DNA of 12,830 nt from Candidatus Woesearchaeota archaeon (GTDB lineage: Archaea > Nanobdellota > Nanobdellia > Nanobdellales > CAZNIQ01), in NCBI GenBank assembly GCA_964573185.1, contig CAZNIQ010000002.1:1-12830 (forward strand). The letters are read 5' to 3'. The translations under genes were made by a program, and so were the position numbers. Below the pieces are notes generated by a model that saw only the letters and a program-made list of their open reading frames with translations, ran no database searches and was not told the origin of the DNA. Below, piece by piece: positions 1 through 6,917 of the stretch. Position 1 is the first letter of the stretch. Every line of letters begins with the position of its first letter.

Positions 1-408
1 ATCGTATGGTTTATCAGAAGCCCATTGATACCCACATTTTTTACATCTTTTAATTGAAGTATAATAAGGAATGAAACGATTATTTTCTAATAGGACACCA
101 TAATATCCAATTTCATCTGTAGTCAAATCTACTACATGCCCTTTAGTTGCAACAATTATAAGATATTTATCTCCAAGAGTTACCTCATAAACATCTAAAG
201 GACCGATTTTTCTATGAGTTGGTTTTCCAAAAAATGAAGCAATAGTTCTTGCTTTATTTGGGGATTCAACAATAAATAGAACAGTTTTAACAAGATCTTT
301 TACTTTTTCAGCTATTTTTCCCTCAAGAATCTCTTTTACTTTTTTTCTATCTTCTTCAATCTCTTTTTTTATTTCTTCAAGATTTATTTGATCAAAAGGA
401 ATAAACAT
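1..408 (-). CDS. rgy: Reverse gyrase, stand-alone topoisomerase-IA (Toprim) subunit; N-terminal 136 aa, continues past window start
   Basis: This ORF is absent from the ORF track because it is cut by the window edge. Hand translation from the ATG (complement of 406-408) gives [95 protein letters not shown]...[29 protein letters not shown] is the reverse-gyrase/TopA-type Toprim signature. A CxxC Zn-finger insert follows, as in reverse gyrases. The frame is open to position 1. Confidence 0.8.
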   Translation of the reverse strand, partial: MFIPFDQINLEEIKKEIEEDRKKVKEILEGKIAEKVKDLVKTVLFIVESPNKARTIASFFGKPTHRKIGPLDVYEVTLGDKYLIIVATKGHVVDLTTDEIGYYGVLLENNRFIPYYTSIKRCKKCGYQWASDKPYD

Positions 409-414
409 AAAAAA

Positions 415-690
415 TTAGAAGACGTTTCTTGTAACTTCTGTTACCTCCGCGGACTGCACACCCCCAACTTTTTGTATCTCTTCTATTAACTTCTCTTCAT
501 TAAATTCTTGCTCTGGGTACATAAAAACTATGATTAACTTCTTTAAACCGAAAACAAACGGTTCTATTTTGTAATTTATAACTTTTCCACCTTGTTTTTC
601 AATTATCTTCACTACTTCTTCAGCAACTTTCTCCATATTAGTTTCTGGAGCTTCCGGTAAAACTTCTATTCTTATGAATACCTCACCCAT
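415..690 (-). CDS. ef1b: Translation elongation factor aEF-1 beta
   Basis: The 91-aa protein has the size and sequence pattern of archaeal EF-1beta (MGEV...IEVLPE...VEEV...IEPFVFGLKKL...VQSAEV). It sits immediately downstream of the Zn-ribbon gene that typically accompanies EF-1beta in archaea. Confidence 0.85.
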   Translation of the reverse strand: MGEVFIRIEVLPEAPETNMEKVAEEVVKIIEKQGGKVINYKIEPFVFGLKKLIIVFMYPEQEFNEEKLIEEIQKVGGVQSAEVTEVTRNVF

Positions 691-691
691 T

Positions 692-850
692 TTATGGTAA
701 TTCTAAGCCACACTTGGGACATTTGTATTTTACACCCATCTTTCTACATTTTGCACACCTTGCTATTTCTGTCCCGCAGTTCGGACACTTTAATATTACT
801 GAACCTACTTGATTTGTTATTGGGGTTCTACACGATACGCAGAAATACAT
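692..850 (-). CDS. Small Zn-ribbon protein (COG2888-like, translation-associated), 52 aa
   Basis: Hand translation gives MYFCVSCRTPITNQVGSVILKCPNCGTEIARCAKCRKMGVKYKCPKCGLELP*. It carries four CxxC pairs, enough for two zinc ribbons. It is below the ORF-track size cutoff. Only 1 nt separates it from the EF-1beta start, which is the conserved archaeal pairing. A TTAAAAA box lies at about -29 to -23 of the ATG. Confidence 0.7.
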   Translation of the reverse strand: MYFCVSCRTPITNQVGSVILKCPNCGTEIARCAKCRKMGVKYKCPKCGLELP

Positions 851-900
851 TTTACTTTCTTTAAGGAACTCTTTTTTAATTTTTCTTAAAAATAAAAGGG

Positions 901-1749
901 ATGGAAATAAAGTTAGAATATATCATTCTAGTAATAATCTTAGGATTTCTATTATTTCCATTTCTAAAAATGAATCAACAATACTCATGTAATAATGTAA
1001 AAGAGGTTTTTCTAAGTTTTTTAGAAAGAGCATTCAATAATTACACTGAGTTAAGCTATAAGATTGACTGTAAAGGGTCTTACGCTTTAGTAAACTTTAG
1101 TTTATATTTACCACAAAGATCTCTAGAAGTTTATGGGAACGTGTACATTATGAAAGATAAAATTTTCTATTCGTATTATGATGTGAACGAAAACAGAGTT
1201 ATAAGGTTAATAAAATTTGAGGAAAAATATAGAATCCCAAAAAGAAAAATAAATGAAATAATTTTAGGAGTTATGTCCTTCTGTCCGTTTGGAAATGAAG
1301 CTGAAAATAGGTTATTGCCCTTAATATCTAAATACTTGAATAAAACGAAATTCCAAATAGTATATATCATTTCAAAGACTTGTAATAATAAAACATTAGA
1401 ATGTTATAGATCTTTGCACGGACCGGAGGAGCTGTTGGAGGATATAAGGGAATATTGTGTATACCAATTATATGGATTTGAGAAATGGAAGAATTTTGTA
1501 TTAAAGATTAATAAAGAATGTACATTAGAAAATCTAAAAGACTGTTGGAAAAGAGTTGCAAAAGAAGCAAATTTAGATGTAAATGCTATAGAAAAATGTA
1601 TTAAAGAAAAAGGTGTTGAAATTGCAGAAAAGATGTACAATTTAACTGAAAAATACAAAATTTATGCTTCACCGACTTTAATAGTTAATGGTGTAAGGAT
1701 TGAAGGCTTAAGGGACTATACTAAAATACTTGAAGACCTATGGAAATAA
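901..1749 (+). CDS. Membrane-anchored DsbA/GILT-like thioredoxin-fold protein with a monothiol CPFG active-site position
   Basis: An N-terminal TM helix (YIILVIILGFLLFPFL) anchors the protein. The motif ILGVMSFCPFGNEAE sits where DsbA-type proteins carry CxxC after beta-1. SLHGPEELLEDIREYC resembles the GILT/DsbA-like xHGxxExxxxxxxxC segment. The C-terminal YASPTLIVNGVRIEG matches the cis-Pro/beta-strand motif of DsbA-family proteins. Confidence 0.55.
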   Translation: MEIKLEYIILVIILGFLLFPFLKMNQQYSCNNVKEVFLSFLERAFNNYTELSYKIDCKGSYALVNFSLYLPQRSLEVYGNVYIMKDKIFYSYYDVNENRVIRLIKFEEKYRIPKRKINEIILGVMSFCPFGNEAENRLLPLISKYLNKTKFQIVYIISKTCNNKTLECYRSLHGPEELLEDIREYCVYQLYGFEKWKNFVLKINKECTLENLKDCWKRVAKEANLDVNAIEKCIKEKGVEIAEKMYNLTEKYKIYASPTLIVNGVRIEGLRDYTKILEDLWK

Positions 1750-1876
1750 GGTAAGGACATTTTAAAGTTCTAAGATTACCTAATAAAAGAGTTGGTTATT
1801 AAACTTAGAGGAAAGACGAGTTTGTAATTGCAAGATAAATGTGAAGGGTTTAAAATTTAACTTATATATCAAACAA

Positions 1877-2038
1877 ATGGTATACGTCTGTAAAATTTGT
1901 GGATATAAGCATAAGGAAAGGGCAAACGTAAGAGCACATGTAAAAAGGGAACATATTAAGAAAGATCTTGAATTAAAAAGGAAATATAAATCAGGTGAAT
2001 TAAGAATACAAGATTTAATAGAGTACAAGAAAGAGTGA
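1877..2038 (+). CDS. Small C2H2 zinc-finger protein (53 aa from ATG 1877; ORF track extends to a GTG at 1841)
   Basis: CKICGYKHKERANVRAHVKREH has the classic Cx2Cx12Hx4H spacing. TTTAAAA lies at -28 to -22 of ATG 1877, which favours a leaderless start there. The stop overlaps the next gene's start in a GTGA arrangement. Confidence 0.55.
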   Translation: MVYVCKICGYKHKERANVRAHVKREHIKKDLELKRKYKSGELRIQDLIEYKKE

Positions 2039-2685
2039 CATGCTTTATTTTTGATCTAGATGGGACACTTGTAGATACTATACCGTTACATATCGAATCC
2101 GGATTGTACGCTTTAAGGAAATATGGATTGAATTTTGTTGATCCTAAAGATGTTCGTGATGAGATTGGAAAGTCTTTCCATGATATAGTTTTAGATATTT
2201 GTAGGAAATATAACATACCTATTTCTGAAGAATTAATTAAGGATATTTGGCAAATAAAACACCTATATTTTTTAAAGAATATTCATAAAGTTAAACTCTT
2301 GCCGGGCGTCCTAGAGTTACTAGAATTCTTAAGAAATAACCATAGTAAAATAGCTTTGGCATCTTCTTCTCCGAAAGATTCTGTAAAAGCAATTTTAGAT
2401 CATTTTAACCTATGGGGATATTTTGATGTTGTTTTGACTGCGGATGATGTATCAAAAGCAAAACCAGATCCTGAAATCTTTCTAAGAGCAAAAGAAAAAC
2501 TAGGATGTAATGATTGTATTGTAATTGAAGATTCTTTATACGGTGTCATAGCGGGTAAAAAAGCTGGTTGTAAAGTTTATGCAGTACTAACTGGTGTAGG
2601 TAAAAGAAAAGATTTGGAAAAATATGCTGATAAAGTTTTTAGAGATCTTACTGAGTTGCTTTCTTGGGTCTCAAAACAACTATAG
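2035..2685 (+). CDS. HAD-superfamily hydrolase, subfamily IA (beta-phosphoglucomutase/phosphatase-like)
   Basis: All four HAD motifs are present: [48 protein letters not shown]. The GTG start at 2035 overlaps the upstream TGA stop. Confidence 0.8.
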   Translation: MTCFIFDLDGTLVDTIPLHIESGLYALRKYGLNFVDPKDVRDEIGKSFHDIVLDICRKYNIPISEELIKDIWQIKHLYFLKNIHKVKLLPGVLELLEFLRNNHSKIALASSSPKDSVKAILDHFNLWGYFDVVLTADDVSKAKPDPEIFLRAKEKLGCNDCIVIEDSLYGVIAGKKAGCKVYAVLTGVGKRKDLEKYADKVFRDLTELLSWVSKQL

Positions 2686-2890
2686 GTATTACTCCTTGTT
2701 CAAATTCCATTTTTGCAATCTCTATAGGATCATACCTTATTTTCTCTAAAGTTTCTTTATCTATTTTAATTAAAATTGGGGCACCCATTGCTATTTGTAA
2801 AGCTCTAGCACCGATAATTCTAGCTTTCTCAAACTTAGTTAAGTACTTATAATAATCGTTAGGAAATAGCATTTCCTTTTCTTTAGTCAT
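2648..2890 (-). CDS. rpoK: DNA-directed RNA polymerase subunit K (Rpo6)
   Basis: [25 protein letters not shown] is the signature of RpoK/Rpb6, and the 80-aa size fits. Confidence 0.9.
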   Translation of the reverse strand: MTKEKEMLFPNDYYKYLTKFEKARIIGARALQIAMGAPILIKIDKETLEKIRYDPIEIAKMEFEQGVIPIVVLRPKKATQ

Positions 2891-2894
2891 AGTT

Positions 2895-3719
2895 TTAAAT
2901 ATTTATTCCAGCCTTTTTAGCTTCAACTCTCAAAATCTTCCTTATTTGCTCCGCTCTTTCTAAAGCAACATCAAATATATAATCTAGTTCCTCTAAAGTG
3001 AATGTTCCTCTTCCATATTTCTGTATAGCCCTAATCATCTTGTCTTCTGTAGAAGTTACAGTAATCATAGCATCTGAAGCTATTTCTTCTTCCTTTTTAG
3101 GATCTAAAATTATTTTTTCACCTACTTTTGCAAAAGTAACAGCTATAGGTAAATTCCTTATTGGTAATCTTTGGTCCGTATGTTCTTTATAATCTATTTT
3201 GTCTTTCTCGGGATCATATTTCGGAAATCTAGCATCTAGTAAAGCTGCTATGGCTGCCAAAGCGGAGGCATCATATACATTCCCATCATCATTCATTACA
3301 TAAATATCTAAGAAAATAACCCAAACTTTTTCCCCTTCCTTTATTACTAATTTATTTAGATCTATTGTCCTGCCTTCCCTTAACCCCCTATCAACTACTC
3401 TAGCTAATTCTATTGCTTCAGGTCCCGGAGGTCCGGGTTCGTAAGTTGGATAAGCTCCGGGTAACAATTCTGCTGAAACAACAAGAATACCTTCATCAGG
3501 AGTATCTGGAAAGGGTTCTCCGATTTCCATCTTAACTCCCGCCGCTACCACAGTTTTTCCCCATTGTACCATTGCGGAGCCTTCGGCGTTTTTTGAAACA
3601 CCAAAAGTAATAGTAATAGGTTTTCTATATTCCATAATTGCTCTACCATCAATTCTTTTTCCTTCTTTTATCAAATTTAGAATGTATTTTTTCGTATGAT
3701 CTAATAAACCCAAATCCAT
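2895..3719 (-). CDS. rrp42: Exosome complex component Rrp42 (RNase PH-like, inactive subunit)
   Basis: The protein is 274 aa. [67 protein letters not shown] matches the Rrp42 pattern, including the [11 protein letters not shown] segment, rather than the shorter Rrp41. Confidence 0.85.
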   Translation of the reverse strand: MDLGLLDHTKKYILNLIKEGKRIDGRAIMEYRKPITITFGVSKNAEGSAMVQWGKTVVAAGVKMEIGEPFPDTPDEGILVVSAELLPGAYPTYEPGPPGPEAIELARVVDRGLREGRTIDLNKLVIKEGEKVWVIFLDIYVMNDDGNVYDASALAAIAALLDARFPKYDPEKDKIDYKEHTDQRLPIRNLPIAVTFAKVGEKIILDPKKEEEIASDAMITVTSTEDKMIRAIQKYGRGTFTLEELDYIFDVALERAEQIRKILRVEAKKAGINI

Positions 3720-5032
3720 TATAGTTTTTCAACCAATTCTTTTATAAAGTTATAAAGCTTTGAAGAAATGATTCCTTTCCTGAATAATTCTTCGAATTTT
3801 TCAGATTCAACTACCATCTTCATTCCCTCTCTTTCTATTACATCTATTTCTAAATCAAAATACCTAATTCTCGTTCCAAAGATCTCTATTGGAGTATTAA
3901 TATTTATGTACTTAAATTTAAGATTTCCATCCTTTGAATAATAATAAACTTCATAATAAAATTCCCCTTCCTTGTATTTACATACAGCATAATCCCCGGG
4001 TTCTATAGGCAGGTTTAATTGATCGTAAGTTCCTCCAGGTTTGATAGGTCTTATAGTTTCCAAAACAAATTTGTTTTCAACTATCTTAATATCTTTCACA
4101 GCTTCTATTTTTTGATGAGATTTGTTCCAAGGCTTTAAATGCATTCTTATAACAGTTCCCCTTTCTTTTATCTTTTCAGCGTTTACTTCTAGAATTGTTT
4201 CCTCTACAAGTTCTCTAAGATTTGGATCTTTTTCTAAAATCTTTTCAGCTAAATCAACAATTATATTAAACGTTTTAGACGTTCTATATTCTAAATGTTT
4301 CCTTATTGTAGGTATAACTTTGTTTCTATATTCTTCTATCAATCTTTTTGAATGATATCCAAAATAAACTCTTGCTACGATTTTCTCTTCAAATTCTTTC
4401 TTTTCAAACTTTTCATATAACGCATCTATTTCTTTCTTAATATCTTCTATTTTAGCTTTTGCTGAAGAAGGTTTAAAATAAATTCCAAATCCTGGTTTTG
4501 CTTTTTCTTGAAGAACTTTCTCCAATTCTAACTGTCTTTCTTGAGGAATCTTGTTTGAAATGTTATGAAAACCACCTTTAATTATTATTACATATTTTCC
4601 CTCTAATCTTATCCTTGTTGTGAATCTTAAAGGTTCCTCTTCAACTATCTGAACAAACATCTCTTCCCCTTCTACCTCATTTATTGGTAATACTCCAACA
4701 CCATAATCCGTTTCAATTAAAGCCTCATTTTCTTTTTTCTCTATTAATTTTCCCTTTGTGATTACTCCTTTAATACTCACTAAAAAAATGCTATCCCAGA
4801 AATCTTCTTTAAAATCTGCTAACAAACGTAAAACTTTCCTTTTTTCACCTTTTACAATTATCCCTAATCTGTCAGGTGTATCATTAATTATTATATCTGG
4901 TTCCTCTTTGGATTTAATACCAAATCTCCGTTGCTGTTTTCTAGAAAGCTGTGTAACTTTATATCCCTTCTCTAAAAGATATTTTATTAAGCCCGTAGAG
5001 TAAATTCCTCTTACTTTAACCTTAATATCCAT
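3719..5032 (-). CDS. fau-1: FAU-1-like RNA-binding protein / probable ribonuclease (RNase E/G-like N-terminus plus DUF402 C-terminus)
   Basis: The N-terminus MDIKVKVRGIYSTGLIKYLLEKGYKV resembles the FAU-1 family start (VRGIY[AS]T.L). The C-terminal YININTPIEIFGTRIRYFDLEIDV resembles the DUF402 core. The stop overlaps the Rrp42 ATG in a TAATG arrangement. Confidence 0.6.
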   Translation of the reverse strand: MDIKVKVRGIYSTGLIKYLLEKGYKVTQLSRKQQRRFGIKSKEEPDIIINDTPDRLGIIVKGEKRKVLRLLADFKEDFWDSIFLVSIKGVITKGKLIEKKENEALIETDYGVGVLPINEVEGEEMFVQIVEEEPLRFTTRIRLEGKYVIIIKGGFHNISNKIPQERQLELEKVLQEKAKPGFGIYFKPSSAKAKIEDIKKEIDALYEKFEKKEFEEKIVARVYFGYHSKRLIEEYRNKVIPTIRKHLEYRTSKTFNIIVDLAEKILEKDPNLRELVEETILEVNAEKIKERGTVIRMHLKPWNKSHQKIEAVKDIKIVENKFVLETIRPIKPGGTYDQLNLPIEPGDYAVCKYKEGEFYYEVYYYSKDGNLKFKYININTPIEIFGTRIRYFDLEIDVIEREGMKMVVESEKFEELFRKGIISSKLYNFIKELVEKL

Positions 5033-5043
5033 AACATAAAAAA

Positions 5044-5277
5044 TTATTCGAGAGGTTTGATGACAGCAACCATGTCACCTCTTAGAAACACCCATTGTAA
5101 CTTTTCTGTAGAACCGTCGGATTTTACCTCTTCAGCATCAATCAATACAAGATTTGGATGCACATCCCAAGCAGCTAAAACCCCCCTATATACCTTGCCA
5201 TTTTTTAATTCTACTTGTATTTTCTTTCCTTTTGATTGGTTAATTACATCTAAGGGCCTGTTGATCTCCATCTTCAA
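5044..5277 (-). CDS. Sm-like (LSm/SmAP) protein
   Basis: The 77-aa protein has Sm1 (KKIQVELKNGKVYRGVLAAWDVHPNLVL) and Sm2 (VFLRGDMVAVI) motifs. Confidence 0.85.
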   Translation of the reverse strand: MKMEINRPLDVINQSKGKKIQVELKNGKVYRGVLAAWDVHPNLVLIDAEEVKSDGSTEKLQWVFLRGDMVAVIKPLE

Positions 5278-5302
5278 TTGAAACAGTATATAATTATAAA
5301 CC

Positions 5303-5698
5303 TTATTTTGCTTGTATCAATATACCGTTTACTGTACCATCCTGTCCCGGTCTTGAGGTTATTTTTACTAATCCTATATCTGTTTCTACAATAGCTCCTT
5401 TAGTTATTAATTGCATTCTTACAGCTTCTCTGTGTGCAGGGTTCTCTACAACTCTTATTATTTTTGCTTTAACGGATTTTCCTTGTTCTGGAATATAAAC
5501 ATTAACAAAATCTGTTCTTTTTACTCTTACTTTGTGATTACCACCCATTACTCTAATTATTTTTACTTCAAATTTATCAGAGACCTTAGTATTCGTAGGT
5601 TCCCTTCCTAATTCGTATTTCCTTTTCTTTCTCCACCATGATTTCTTTCCACCAGTAGCTTTTCTTTTATGCAAATCCCCCTGATAAGGATAAGCCAT
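5303..5698 (-). CDS. rps8e: 30S ribosomal protein S8e
   Basis: The N-terminus has the S8e-type HKRKATGGKK motif and the C-terminus has VKITSRPGQDG..NGILI. The size is 131 aa. TTTAAAAA lies about -28 to -21 of the ATG. Confidence 0.9.
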   Translation of the reverse strand: MAYPYQGDLHKRKATGGKKSWWRKKRKYELGREPTNTKVSDKFEVKIIRVMGGNHKVRVKRTDFVNVYIPEQGKSVKAKIIRVVENPAHREAVRMQLITKGAIVETDIGLVKITSRPGQDGTVNGILIQAK

Positions 5699-5721
5699 AA
5701 GACTTTACGGAAATATTATTT

Positions 5722-6066
5722 TTAAAGGATTTTCTCTTTCAAACTTTTTATCTCGTCTATCAATTTCTTCAAAATATCAATCATTCTAAGATACTCTTCT
5801 TTTAATACCTTTATTTCTTTTAAAGTAGAATATACTACTTCTTCTTTATTTAATAAAAAATCTTCTAGCTCTCTACCATTTAAAATCAAAATTTCATCAA
5901 ATAAATTCTCTCTATAGGCTTTTTCAATTGTTTTTACAAAATTTACAAAATCAAAATCATTTTCTAAATCTATCTCTTTCCTAAAATAAATTATCAGTTT
6001 ATTTTTCTTTTTTTCAATTTTTTTAACAACATTTTCAGTATGTTCAGGAGGAATTATAATTGCCAT
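5722..6066 (-). CDS. Hypothetical protein, 114 aa, predicted coiled-coil C-terminus
   Basis: This is a long ORF with a K/E/L-rich heptad-like C-terminal tail (LKEIKVLKEEYLRMIDILKKLIDEIKSLKEKIL). TTATAAA lies at -29 to -23 of the ATG. I recognise no family. Confidence 0.5.
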   Translation of the reverse strand: MAIIIPPEHTENVVKKIEKKKNKLIIYFRKEIDLENDFDFVNFVKTIEKAYRENLFDEILILNGRELEDFLLNKEEVVYSTLKEIKVLKEEYLRMIDILKKLIDEIKSLKEKIL

Positions 6067-6096
6067 TATTATGGAAGTTCTTATTTTCGTTTATAA

Positions 6097-6160
6097 GTTT
6101 TTGTCAGCAGCTACTCCGGTCATCATTCTTCAGGGGGTGCTCACCTACATCATCCAAAGC
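6097..6160 (-). ncRNA. C/D box sRNA (2'-O-methylation guide)
   Basis: The minus strand reads gcuuugg-AUGAUGU(C, 6153-6147)-AGGUGAGCACCCC(13 nt)-CUGA(D', 6133-6130)-aga-AUGAUGA(C', 6126-6120)-CCGGAGUAGCUG(12 nt)-CUGA(D, 6107-6104)-caaaaac. The box order, 12-13 nt spacers and 3-nt D'-C' linker are canonical for archaeal C/D sRNAs. The island is locally GC-rich (31/60 hand-counted at 6101-6160) in an AT-rich genome. Confidence 0.8.
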
Positions 6161-6170
6161 TTTTATATAT
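6161..6170 (+). promoter_or_regulatory. TATA-like box (TTTTATATAT) for the plus-strand peptidase gene
   Basis: The box is centred about 25 nt upstream of ATG 6189, consistent with a leaderless archaeal transcript. Confidence 0.35.
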
Positions 6171-6177
6171 TTTCCAA

Positions 6178-6185
6178 TTTTAAAT
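6178..6185 (-). promoter_or_regulatory. TATA-like box (minus strand ATTTAAAA) for the C/D box sRNA
   Basis: The box is centred about 23-25 nt upstream of the predicted sRNA 5' end (about 6156-6160). The same TTTAAA motif recurs upstream of other minus-strand units in the window. Confidence 0.35.
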
Positions 6186-6188
6186 CTA

Positions 6189-6917
6189 ATGCTCGAAATA
6201 CCGTTCTTATTAATAATGTCTATTGAGGATTTTCTTAAAAAGGATGTTCATGATTTTCTTATTTATTCATTCTTATTTTATTCTTTTCTAAAATTTTTAT
6301 CGAATTTTTCCTTAAATTTCTCTCTTTTACTTGCATTATTCTTCATTATTTTCTTTTTAATAGGATATTTTAAAAGATTATGGGCTATAGGTGATTTATA
6401 TATTTTTATCTCAATTTCACTATTATTGTATACTTTCCAAGATCCCTTAATTTACTTATATTTTATAATTTCTCTTTCTATATCTCTTATTATCTTTTCT
6501 CTCTTTTATTTCTTAATCTTCATTAGAAAAATAAAAATAAATAAAAAAGATCTTCTATATTTTTTGTTCTCAATACCTTTGTTTTTTATAAACATTAAGT
6601 TAGCTGCTCTGCTTCTTTTGGCAATTCTAGCTTTCATTCTTTATAAAGAAAATCAGATGATTTTTGAAAGAAAACCAGAAGAATTAGTAGAAGGAGACTG
6701 GGTTGCAGAGGATATTATAGTTAATGGAAAAATTGTTATAAGTAAAAATAATCCGGGTTTAACAAAAAAGGATATTGAGTTTTTGAAAAAATTGTATAAA
6801 CAAGGTAAAATAAAGAAAATAAAGGTTATAGAAGGTATACCAATGGTTCCAGCTATATTTATTGCATATCTTCTAACGATCCTTCTTAAAAATAAAGTTC
6901 TTTATTTAATCCTATGA
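6189..6917 (+). CDS. A24-family prepilin/preflagellin peptidase-like polytopic membrane protein
   Basis: It is a multi-TM protein. The N-terminal LLIMSIEDFLKKDVHDF resembles the first catalytic-Asp motif of archaeal FlaK/PibD (..YYDlk.reipd). LWAIGDLYIF resembles the GxGD second Asp motif. The soluble C-terminal insert plus final TM (EGIPMVPAIFIAYLL) resembles archaeal A24 C-terminal domains. I place the start at ATG 6189, not the track's TTG at 6060. Confidence 0.6.
   Translation: MLEIPFLLIMSIEDFLKKDVHDFLIYSFLFYSFLKFLSNFSLNFSLLLALFFIIFFLIGYFKRLWAIGDLYIFISISLLLYTFQDPLIYLYFIISLSISLIIFSLFYFLIFIRKIKINKKDLLYFLFSIPLFFINIKLAALLLLAILAFILYKENQMIFERKPEELVEGDWVAEDIIVNGKIVISKNNPGLTKKDIEFLKKLYKQGKIKKIKVIEGIPMVPAIFIAYLLTILLKNKVLYLIL

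Noticed and set aside
1750-1783. Imperfect inverted repeat (AGGTAA...TTACCT) after the DsbA-like gene as a terminator hairpin
   Set aside because: The stem is only 6 bp and AT-rich, with a loop of about 20 nt. Archaeal termination generally relies on oligo-T tracts rather than hairpins. The evidence is insufficient.
1841-1876. GTG start at 1841 for the C2H2 zinc-finger ORF (65-aa version)
   Set aside because: ATG 1877 has a TTTAAAA box at -28 to -22, and that box would lie inside the longer ORF. The extra 12 residues (MKGLKFNLYIKQ) add nothing recognisable. The longer form is not excluded, only less likely.
1176-2216. Minus-strand ORFs 1176-1370, 1404-1658, 1780-2028 and 1956-2216
   Set aside because: These lie antisense to well-supported plus-strand genes. 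Their products are low-complexity and F/S/L/I-rich, as expected from reading AT-rich coding DNA backwards. They have no motifs and no sensible promoter spacing.
3421-3441. Short GC-rich patch (ggtcccggaggtccgggttcg) with hairpin potential inside Rrp42
   Set aside because: It encodes the PGPPGP segment of Rrp42 in frame. It is too short to be an RNA gene and lacks flanking RNA-gene features.
2664-5611. Plus-strand ORFs 2664-2852, 2998-3192, 4122-4355, 4758-5003, 5057-5281 and 5411-5611, plus 12478-12735 at the far end
   Set aside because: All are shadow ORFs fully contained within, and antisense to, conserved minus-strand genes (RpoK, Rrp42, FAU-1, Sm, S8e, S6e). Their translations are low-complexity with no recognisable domains.
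6060-6188. N-terminal 43-aa extension of the 285-aa ORF from a TTG start (MPLLWKFLFSFISFCQQLLRSSFFRGCSPTSS...)
   Set aside because: The extension overlaps the start of the divergent 114-aa gene and runs antisense across a canonical C/D box sRNA. Its GC-rich codons reflect the RNA gene rather than coding. A TATA-like box sits about 25 nt upstream of the internal ATG at 6189, and the A24-like first Asp motif follows that ATG at the expected distance.
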